Positions 5,270 to 12,260 of a stretch of DNA of 12,707 nt are shown here, piece by piece (positions within the stretch are counted from its first letter, which is position 1; each line of letters starts with the position of its first letter). The DNA lies in the NCBI GenBank assembly GCA_020697515.1, contig JAIXNB010000029.1, positions 1-12,707 of the forward strand, read 5' to 3'. The position numbers and the translations under genes are program-made. The notes beneath the pieces were generated by a model. That model was not told the origin of the DNA and did not search any database. It worked only from the letters and a program-made list of their open reading frames with translations. Source of the stretch: Nanobdellota archaeon. GTDB taxonomy: Archaea; Nanobdellota; Nanobdellia; Nanobdellales; Nanobdellaceae.

Positions 5270-6652
5270 TCATCTATATGTCCTGTATATTTCTTCTTTT
5301 ATTATCTCTGTAATAGTCTTAGGATTTGGTTTTATCTCTAATCTACTCATGACTTTCCCAACAAGATAACTTAAAGCTTTTTTCTTACCGTTAAGATAGT
5401 CGTTTACAGCTTTAGTTTCTGAAGTAAGAATCTCCTTAACAATAGAGATTATCTTATTTTTATCCACTTCTTGTAATAGATACCTCTTCTTTTTGGCATA
5501 ATTCACAGGATCTTCACTGTTTAAAAGCATTGCAGAGACTATATCACAAAGTTTATTTCTATCTACTCTATTCAGTATTGTTAACAATCGTTCTATGTTT
5601 CTTACTAACTGTAAATTTTTTATCTGGTGAAACTCTAAATTAGTATCTTTTATGACTCTCCAAACATGATTCGTTAGTATTTCTGCAACTCTATTTGGAT
5701 CTTCCTTTTTAATATTTTTCAGGACATATATACACAACTCCAAGAATTCGGGATTTTGTAATAGTTTTTGTATATAGTTCTCCTTGAGGTTGTATTTATT
5801 CTTTAGGATCTTTTCGTATTCTATTGGAGAGAGTATATCACGCTTAATATTATCAATAAGGCTTTCAGAAATCTCTATAGGTATTAAATCTGGATCAGGG
5901 ATATATCTATAGTCTGCAATATCCTCTTTTTCTCTTAAGGGTGCTGTAATCCTCTTTTCATCATCATAATGCCTGGTCTCTCTCTTTATTCTCTTACCAA
6001 CTATTAACATCCTAGTCTGTCTTAATATTTCATATTTTAGAGATCTATATACACCGTCTATGGAATTAACATTTTTTATCTCAACTCTCTCCCCGCCTTC
6101 AATGGATACGTTTACATCAACTCTAATACTTCCAGGATCAGCCCTAATAGCTCTGGAATATTTTAAATACAAAAATAGTTTTTCTAACCATCCTTTTGCA
6201 TGCTCCGGCGATTCTATATCTGGCTCCGTAACTATCTCTGCTAAAGGGGTCCCAGATCTGTTAAAATCAACGTACCCATTTCTTAAATCGTATCTACCAG
6301 GATCCTCCTCCAGATGCACCTCACGTATTTTTACTCCAAAAAAATTTCCATCTACCATTAGTGGTTCTGAAGTTATCTGATAGTTCTTAGGAAGATCTGG
6401 ATAAAAATAATGCTTTCGCAAGAAATAAATTCTTACATGATTTGGCTTGCACCCAAGTATTAGACCAACTTTTATTACATTTTTAATAGCTTCAAGATTT
6501 GGGGGCATTGGTTTGGATCCCGGTTGACCAGTGCAAATTGGACAAATATTTGTATTTGGGTCTTTATCAGTGTAATCTGCTGAACATCTACAGAATAATT
6601 TTTGTTTGGTGTTTAGTTGAACATGAATTTCAAACCCGATTTTAGCTTTCAT
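5270..6652 (-). CDS. gatB: Asp/Glu-tRNA amidotransferase subunit B, 460 aa
   Basis: Motifs: IGFEIHVQLNT..KLFC.C, ICPICTGQPG..P, REVHLEEDPGR, VDFNRSGTPLAEIVTEPD, RVDVNVS, E.KN.NS, ETRHYD. These are canonical GatB. Confidence 0.92.
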   Translation of the reverse strand: MKAKIGFEIHVQLNTKQKLFCRCSADYTDKDPNTNICPICTGQPGSKPMPPNLEAIKNVIKVGLILGCKPNHVRIYFLRKHYFYPDLPKNYQITSEPLMVDGNFFGVKIREVHLEEDPGRYDLRNGYVDFNRSGTPLAEIVTEPDIESPEHAKGWLEKLFLYLKYSRAIRADPGSIRVDVNVSIEGGERVEIKNVNSIDGVYRSLKYEILRQTRMLIVGKRIKRETRHYDDEKRITAPLREKEDIADYRYIPDPDLIPIEISESLIDNIKRDILSPIEYEKILKNKYNLKENYIQKLLQNPEFLELCIYVLKNIKKEDPNRVAEILTNHVWRVIKDTNLEFHQIKNLQLVRNIERLLTILNRVDRNKLCDIVSAMLLNSEDPVNYAKKKRYLLQEVDKNKIISIVKEILTSETKAVNDYLNGKKKALSYLVGKVMSRLEIKPNPKTITEIIKEEIYRTYR

Positions 6653-6653
6653 T

Positions 6654-8045
6654 TTAGTTTGTTTTAATAAACTTAGAAAATTTTTGCTCTACAGTATACA
6701 TTAACTCTAATACTTTGTGATCTTCTTTCAGATTTCCCATCACTTGGAAGCCTACGGATTTCGCAATGGGTACAGATCCTGATGGAATACCAACAAGATT
6801 TGCTAAAACAGTGAGAACATCCATCTGATACATTGTTAAGGGATCTTGTATTTCTCCGATTCTCCAAGGTAAAACAGGCATGGTTGGTGAAACCAAGTAG
6901 TCGTATTTCTTGAATAATTCTAGTAGTCTTTTCCTTATTTTTAGCCTCACTAATACAGCTTTTTTATACCATTTTCCAAATTCCTCCCGGGAAGTTATAA
7001 AAGTCCCAAGAAATATTCTTCGTTTTACTTCCCTCCCTAAGACTTTTCTAGATTCCATGATGGTATTCCATATATCCCTTACTTCTTTTCTATAACCGTA
7101 TTTTAGGCCATCATATCTCTGCATAGCAGAAGCAAATTCGGATGGAACAACTAAATAGTATGTAGGAACAGCATACTCAATCTCTGGTAAAGATGTTTCT
7201 ATTATTTCTAGTCCCAATGAGTTTAAGTAATCGATAACATTAAAAAATTTCCTTTTAATTTTATCTTCAGTATAATCTAAAAACTCTCTTGCGTACACAA
7301 CTTTTTTCCCTTTCAAGTTATTATCTTTAAAGTTTTCTATTATTTCTGTAAAAGATTTTGTAGGTTTTCTAATAGTAGTTGGGTCATAAATATCTTTTCC
7401 AGAAATAACATCCATAAGTAAAGCTAATCCATATGTATCTTTTGCCATTGGACCTATTTGATCTAAAGACATTGCCATATCTATAAGCCCGTATCTAGAT
7501 ACTATACCATATGTCGGTTTAAACCCAAAAATAGAGCAAAAGGCGGAAGGATTTCTTATTGATCCCCCTGTATCTGAACCTAAAGCCAAGTCTGCAAATT
7601 CGGCAGCCAACACCGCGGCGGATCCAGAAGAAGATCCGCCTGGAACTTTCTCTAAATCTAATGGGTTTCTTGTGGGACCAAACGCAGAGGTTGTACCATC
7701 AGACCCGCAGGCAAATTCATCCATATTTGTCTTTCCGATGATAATTCCACCTTCTTTTTTTATATTTTTAATAACAGTAGCATCAAAGGGTGCTATGTAA
7801 TTTTTGAGCATTTTTGATCCAGCAGTTGTTTTAATCCCCTCAACCAAAATATTATCTTTTATTGCTATTAATAAATATGCTAATTTACCCTCTTTTGTTT
7901 GTTTGATCTCTTTTTCAGCCTCATCTAGAAGAAGGGTAATGAACGAATTTACTTCATTTTCATTTCTTTCAATATTTTTTCTGATTTTTTCAAAATGGTT
8001 AATCGGATCGCTTCTAGCATCTTCAATTATCTCTTTTGTAAACAT
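6654..8045 (-). CDS. gatA: Asp/Glu-tRNA amidotransferase subunit A (amidase signature family), 463 aa
   Basis: It has the amidase signature GKTNMDEFACGS....GPTRNP....VPGGSSSGSAAV......ALGSDTGGSIRNPSAFCSIFGFKPTYG. Its stop is 1 nt before the gatB start. A TATA (TTATAAAATTT on the minus strand, about 8066-8076) lies about 26 nt upstream of the ATG at 8045. Confidence 0.92.
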   Translation of the reverse strand: MFTKEIIEDARSDPINHFEKIRKNIERNENEVNSFITLLLDEAEKEIKQTKEGKLAYLLIAIKDNILVEGIKTTAGSKMLKNYIAPFDATVIKNIKKEGGIIIGKTNMDEFACGSDGTTSAFGPTRNPLDLEKVPGGSSSGSAAVLAAEFADLALGSDTGGSIRNPSAFCSIFGFKPTYGIVSRYGLIDMAMSLDQIGPMAKDTYGLALLMDVISGKDIYDPTTIRKPTKSFTEIIENFKDNNLKGKKVVYAREFLDYTEDKIKRKFFNVIDYLNSLGLEIIETSLPEIEYAVPTYYLVVPSEFASAMQRYDGLKYGYRKEVRDIWNTIMESRKVLGREVKRRIFLGTFITSREEFGKWYKKAVLVRLKIRKRLLELFKKYDYLVSPTMPVLPWRIGEIQDPLTMYQMDVLTVLANLVGIPSGSVPIAKSVGFQVMGNLKEDHKVLELMYTVEQKFSKFIKTN

Positions 8046-8162
8046 TATTAAGCCTGGATGTCAAATTTTATAACCTATGCTTAAATATCTCCGACATGAC
8101 AAAATATTAATAATATCTGGAATTTTGATATTTTTTATTGCAAATAGTGGCTATGTCATAAC

Positions 8163-8429
8163 TCACAATAACCTGGGAACTTCCAATTTTTTATTTTCTC
8201 TCTTCGGAAAGTTTTGGATTATTTTCTCTTCATCAAATTTTTTTGGTTCTGTATCATATCTAAACCATGTATTTGATAAAGAGATAGTCTCAAATACAAT
8301 ATCGGAGGTATCTACTTCTTGAATTTTTTTAAAAGTTTCTAGAATTTTCTCTATTTCTTTTTTTAATTCTTTTTTTTCTTTTTCATCTAGTTTCATCTTT
8401 GCTATCCATGCGAGTTTCTCAATATCCAT
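8163..8429 (-). CDS. gatC: Asp/Glu-tRNA amidotransferase subunit C, 88 aa
   Basis: It has typical GatC size and pattern (LAWIAKMKLDEKEKKELKKEIEKILETFKKIQEVDT) and lies immediately upstream of gatA on the same strand, with a 117-nt gap. Confidence 0.85.
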   Translation of the reverse strand: MDIEKLAWIAKMKLDEKEKKELKKEIEKILETFKKIQEVDTSDIVFETISLSNTWFRYDTEPKKFDEEKIIQNFPKRENKKLEVPRLL

Positions 8430-8573
8430 TATAATAGTCTCTATGCAAATATTAATAAATATGGCTGCATTATTTATCCTATTGCTAAATCTCTTAACGA
8501 ATATTCTATATCTTCCAAGTAGCTATGACGTATATTTACAAGTTTTTAGTATTTCCTATTTCCAGAATTAGTT

Positions 8574-8586
8574 AGAAAAACGAAAT
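8574..8586 (-). terminator. Oligo-T tract downstream of the aspS stop
   Basis: The A-run at 8576-8580 on + is T5 on the coding strand, 6 nt after TAA (8587-8589). Confidence 0.4.
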
Positions 8587-9825
8587 TTATGGTTCTAATG
8601 TATCGGGATCTCTTGGGAATAATACCACCTCCCTTATATCCTGCAATTCTAACAACTGCCTTACAAATCTATCTATTCCTAATCCAAACCCACCATGAGG
8701 AGGTATGCCATATTTAAATACCTCTAGATACCATTTCATTCTTTCTGGATTTATTCCTTTCTCCTTTATCTGCTTAATTAAAATCTCATATCTATATTCT
8801 CTTTTTGATCCTGAGGCTATTTCTAACCCCTTATATAACAGATCAAATGAATATGTATACTTTGGATCTTCTTCTTTTCTCATCGTATAAAAAGGTCTAG
8901 AATCGTAAGGAAATTCTACAATAAATATGAGATCTGAATCATACTCTTTCTTAGCATAATCTCCAAGTGCTTTTTCAGCTTCAGTAGATAGATCGTCCTT
9001 TAGTCTTATATCATATTTTTCTTGCAGTATCTGCTTTGCATCTTTAAAGGATATCACTGGAAATTCTTTAGGATAGGATAGTTCTAATTTGCTTAATACA
9101 TATTTAACAGAGTCTTCTAGTATTTTCATAATTTCGGAATAGTCTTCGATATAGTTTACCTCCACATCAAATCCTCTAAATTCCGTAAGATGCCTTGGTG
9201 TAAAAGAAACTTCTGCTCTAAAATAAGAACCAACTTCGTATACACCTTTAATCCCAGAAGCCATTAGCATTTGTTTATATAATTGAGGAGATTGGGCCAA
9301 GTAAGCGTCTTTATCAAAGTATAATATTGAGAATACTTCTGACCCTGATTCAGTCCCCATCCGAACCACCTTAGGTGTAAATATTTCTAAAAATCCAAGA
9401 TTTCTGTAATATTCCCTTAAATATTGTGTCACATTAGCATATTCTTCAAATACCTTATAAAATTCCAATAACCTTAGGAGCAATGCTCTATATTTGATTT
9501 TTTTATCTTTATTCATATTCCTTAGGGACCATTGATCAAATCTTTCATCTATAGATTTAGAGAGAAAAGTAATATTATTAGCCACCATCTCTAACCCAGT
9601 AGGAGCTCTAGGATCTTCTTTAATGATGCCGGATGCTCTTATAGTGTCTCCTCTACGTACTTTTTCACTCCCAGAATATACAATCTGTAATATAGATTTT
9701 CCATCAGTTATTATGATAAATTTTTTGCGGCCAAGATCCCTAACATGTAGCACTAACCCATATACATCAATCTGTTGCCCTACATAACGTTTGCTGATAT
9801 CTGAGGGGGACGTTTTTATCATCAT
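8587..9825 (-). CDS. aspS: Aspartyl-tRNA synthetase, archaeal type (predicted non-discriminating), 412 aa from ATG 9825
   Basis: Motifs: AQSPQLYKQ (AspRS hallmark), motif 2 FRAEVSFTPRHLTEF, FDLLYKGLEIASGSKRE, and motif 3 YGIPPHGGFGLGIDRF....IREVVLFPRDPDTLEP. The ORF-track start at 9834 is a TTG. The first ATG (9825, MMIKT..) sits about 25 nt from a TTAAATAG TATA-like box. Confidence 0.88.
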   Translation of the reverse strand: MMIKTSPSDISKRYVGQQIDVYGLVLHVRDLGRKKFIIITDGKSILQIVYSGSEKVRRGDTIRASGIIKEDPRAPTGLEMVANNITFLSKSIDERFDQWSLRNMNKDKKIKYRALLLRLLEFYKVFEEYANVTQYLREYYRNLGFLEIFTPKVVRMGTESGSEVFSILYFDKDAYLAQSPQLYKQMLMASGIKGVYEVGSYFRAEVSFTPRHLTEFRGFDVEVNYIEDYSEIMKILEDSVKYVLSKLELSYPKEFPVISFKDAKQILQEKYDIRLKDDLSTEAEKALGDYAKKEYDSDLIFIVEFPYDSRPFYTMRKEEDPKYTYSFDLLYKGLEIASGSKREYRYEILIKQIKEKGINPERMKWYLEVFKYGIPPHGGFGLGIDRFVRQLLELQDIREVVLFPRDPDTLEP

Positions 9826-9965
9826 AAATAACAAACAGTTTTATCTCTATTTAACGATTTCATAACTTTACTCTCTATAAAGTAGGTTTTGAATAAGAGT
9901 AATTTTTACTGGTTCGAGGTATACTCACTGTTTTAGAATTATCTAATAATTTTTGAAATAGAAAT

Positions 9966-10223
9966 TTACCTATTTAACTTTTTTATAAGGTATAAAGCTT
10001 TCAAGATATCTAATATTCTATTGACATCTTTTTCTTTGCTGAGTAATCCTAACAAATACTGCTCAACTCTATTTAGAACAGTGGAGTAGTCTTCTTTATA
10101 TCCGCAGAATATGCAAAACAAAAGTTGAGTCTTTGGATCTTTTAATAACAACCTATTACACCTTGGACAATGCTCTTTTGATAATATGTACCCCTTTCTA
10201 AGATATGCTGTATATTCTTTCAT
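9966..10223 (-). CDS. UPF0148 / autoantigen-p27-family zinc-ribbon protein, 85 aa
   Basis: The N-terminal helix followed by EHCPRCNRLLLKD...LFCIFCGY (CxxC..CxxC) matches the small archaeal UPF0148 family as I recall it. Its ATG overlaps the stop of the upstream protease gene (ATGA). Confidence 0.6.
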   Translation of the reverse strand: MKEYTAYLRKGYILSKEHCPRCNRLLLKDPKTQLLFCIFCGYKEDYSTVLNRVEQYLLGLLSKEKDVNRILDILKALYLIKKLNR

Positions 10224-11305
10224 ATGTAGCCCATTAAAATATTTGCAATAAGCATTAGTAATACTCCTAAGCTAATAACTATTATATATTTATCAGCTTT
10301 ATTGCCTAGTCGGGCATATAATAGAGTGTATAAAGATCTTCCACCATCCAAAGGATATATAGGTAACATATTTGCAATGGCAATCCCTACATTTACAAGG
10401 ACAATCCAGTTAAGTATATTTAAAATAAAGCTCAGTAGGTTGAATAAAAGACTGTCTTTAATTATGTAATTTTGCTTGAGAAAGACCCCAATGTATGGTC
10501 TACCTTCCTTGTCTCCAAGAGTTACAGTATAGTTACTTTCATTAGTAATTAATAAGATTTTGTCTCTAGGGTTCTTTTGCTGTAAAACCTCATAAACATC
10601 CGAGATAGTTTTTATAGTATGGTTATCAATGGCCAATAGGATAGTTCCAGGATTCACTCCAGAAATATCCGCAGGACTTCCAGGCTCTATTTTAGTTATA
10701 GTTACATTAGTGTACTCAAATGTGTTAGAGAATATAGGAGTAAGAGAGGCTACTAATAGAAAGCCAAAAAATGCTAAGATTATGTTTGCAAGCGGACCTG
10801 CATTGTATATTGATATCTGTTTTTTGGGAGAGGCTTTTTTGATCTCTTCATCATCCGGCTCGACAAACGCGCCAAGAAACGGGCCAAGGAAGAAGAATCC
10901 CCATGATCTCAAAGATATATTATGAAATCTAACTAGAATCCCATGGAATAGTTCATGAAAAAATGCTGCAAAGAATATGGCTATAATCGTAGGTAATAAT
11001 GGTATATATATCCCGTGGACTTCTGTTCCAGGGATTAATGGAGCAAACATGGGTTTTAATTTAACAATACCATAAACCACCAATATCACAGAAATTAATA
11101 TTAGAATAAACCCAGAGTAATAGGATATCTTATCGAAGTATTTTATTATCTTTAGTTTAGAAAGTTTATCGATTATATCTATTCCATTTTTTGTTTTAAA
11201 CATCCCAAAAAGTACTTTATATTCAACATCATACCCGAGAAATTTTAAAAGTGCAAAAAATAAACTTAAGGCAATAAAAAAATATATTGCTGGTGTTACA
11301 GACAC
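10220..11305 (-). CDS. Site-2 protease (peptidase M50) with internal PDZ domain, 361 aa, multi-pass membrane protein
   Basis: It has the HExxH motif FFHELFHGILV, the second metal-ligand motif NMLPIYPLDGG, several hydrophobic helices, and a PDZ-like insert (ITKIEPGSPADISGVNPGTILLAIDNHTI). The start is a GTG at 11305, 4 nt after the L40e stop. Confidence 0.85.
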   Translation of the reverse strand: MSVTPAIYFFIALSLFFALLKFLGYDVEYKVLFGMFKTKNGIDIIDKLSKLKIIKYFDKISYYSGFILILISVILVVYGIVKLKPMFAPLIPGTEVHGIYIPLLPTIIAIFFAAFFHELFHGILVRFHNISLRSWGFFFLGPFLGAFVEPDDEEIKKASPKKQISIYNAGPLANIILAFFGFLLVASLTPIFSNTFEYTNVTITKIEPGSPADISGVNPGTILLAIDNHTIKTISDVYEVLQQKNPRDKILLITNESNYTVTLGDKEGRPYIGVFLKQNYIIKDSLLFNLLSFILNILNWIVLVNVGIAIANMLPIYPLDGGRSLYTLLYARLGNKADKYIIVISLGVLLMLIANILMGYI

Positions 11306-11309
11306 TATA

Positions 11310-11495
11310 TTACCTACCTAGAGATATTTCAGATTTAACTTGCCTTAAATTCTTAGATTTACACTTTCTACATTTAACTTTTCCCATTCTAACTTTAGCA
11401 GGATCTGCTCTGATTCTTGCACCACATCTTCTACAGATAAATGTACGATCAAATTTACGGGCTCGTACTTCCGGAAATAGATCTTTAGCACCCAT
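11310..11495 (-). CDS. rpl40e: Ribosomal protein L40e (eL40), 61 aa, with an insertion between the zinc knuckles
   Basis: FPEVRARKF...ICRRCGA.........CRKC....LR fits the L40e pattern (FPEAE..., ICxRCGA, CRKC, LR). The spacer between the CxxC pairs is 17 residues, against about 10 in the L40e sequences I recall. Confidence 0.7.
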   Translation of the reverse strand: MGAKDLFPEVRARKFDRTFICRRCGARIRADPAKVRMGKVKCRKCKSKNLRQVKSEISLGR

Positions 11496-11537
11496 AAATG
11501 GACATCGCTGATAAGGTTTTAATAATTTAATGTATTT

Positions 11538-12029
11538 ATGGTAAACTTATTTAATTATAAATTTAGCATGGCATTTTTGCTAAATAATAAAAAAGTTCTC
11601 GCATACGCCATCCACTACACTTCAAAATTAGTTAAAAAGCATCTGCAAAAAATTCAGAAATTTCATGATTTGAGAGGTAAAATAGTATTTAGTTATAAGT
11701 TAGAGGCAGCATTTGAGAAAATTATAGGAGGGTGTATTTTTGGAAATAATCTACCTAACATAAGCTTGAAATATTACAAGTATAAAGAAGTTTATATATA
11801 TTTATTAAGTCTGAAGAGGGGTCAAGTAATTACTTATACCGACTTAGCTAAAAGAACAGGCTATATGACTAGAGAGGTTATACAATCTCTAAAACATAAT
11901 CCTTTTTTGATCATAATACCATGCCATAGAGTTATTAGAAAAGACGGAGATATTTCAGGATATACCCCACTTGGGAAGGAGTTTAAGAGGAAACTCCTAC
12001 AAGTTGAAGGATATAAAGATGGAAGATAG
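11538..12029 (+). CDS. ogt: Methylated-DNA-protein-cysteine methyltransferase (O6-alkylguanine-DNA alkyltransferase), 163 aa
   Basis: It has the active-site motif IIPCHRVI, preceded by the HTH region (ITYTDLAKRTGYMTREVIQSLKHNP) and followed by GYTPLG...KRKLLQVEG. An alternative start is ATG 11568 (MAFLL..). Confidence 0.85.
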   Translation: MVNLFNYKFSMAFLLNNKKVLAYAIHYTSKLVKKHLQKIQKFHDLRGKIVFSYKLEAAFEKIIGGCIFGNNLPNISLKYYKYKEVYIYLLSLKRGQVITYTDLAKRTGYMTREVIQSLKHNPFLIIIPCHRVIRKDGDISGYTPLGKEFKRKLLQVEGYKDGR

Positions 12030-12059
12030 AACAACCAAAATCTTTAATTGTTTGTATTA

Positions 12060-12260
12060 ATATTTACATCAACCGAGCCGATGATCTTTCTCCTCTCAAA
12101 GTAGATTAGGGATAGATAGTAACAATCAACCACCTTGAGGGGTTCCCCCGTTCCATATCACGCAGACTTCATCAGGGAACGTTCTAAATATAACTCCCCA
12201 CATTCTGACTCTCCCTACCCTTCCGGGTTTGTTTACACACACATATCGGGCAGAGGGAAG
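12060..12260 (-). ncRNA. Candidate TnpB-associated omega-RNA (reRNA) scaffold overlapping the tnpB 3' end
   Basis: This is the only clearly G+C-enriched non-housekeeping stretch in an AT-rich window. It contains short GC helices, for example CGTTCC 12149-12154 with GGAACG 12176-12181, and GGG/CCC around 12139-12148. Its position, the 3' end of tnpB through the IS right end, is where omega-RNAs are encoded. Confidence 0.3.

Noticed and set aside
6060-8073. ORFs 6060..6380 (+), 6673..6867 (-, Cys-rich, alternative frame of gatA), 6910..7095, 7559..7741 and 7804..8073 (+).
   Set aside because: All overlap gatA/gatB, whose frames carry canonical signatures. The Cys-rich 64-aa frame has no start context or promoter and lies inside gatA, so it is most likely fortuitous.
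8077-8322. 81-aa hydrophobic ORF on + that starts in the gatC-gatA spacer and runs antisense into gatC.
   Set aside because: Two thirds of it is antisense to gatC. It has no TATA at the appropriate distance and no recognisable family. The spacer is better explained as the gatA promoter (a TATA about 26 nt upstream of 8045 on the minus strand).
9822-9863. 13-codon uORF (MKSLNRDKTVCYL) whose TGA overlaps the aspS ATG (ATGA).
   Set aside because: The best TATA candidates place the TSS downstream of this ATG: TTTATAGAG ends only about 10 nt upstream of it, and TTAAATAG sits about 25 nt from the aspS ATG. The peptide is not enriched in Asp or Asn codons.
9911-9917. GGTTCGA, resembling a tRNA T-loop, in the aspS upstream spacer.
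   Set aside because: The flanking bases (actgg / tatac) cannot form a T-stem. The surrounding sequence is AT-rich with no acceptor or anticodon arms.
12153-12177. CUGAUGA ... GUGAUAU on the minus strand in the IS tail (k-turn or C/D-like).
   Set aside because: The first motif lacks the leading purine. No D box follows. The location fits the TnpB 3' end / omega-RNA region better than an independent C/D sRNA.
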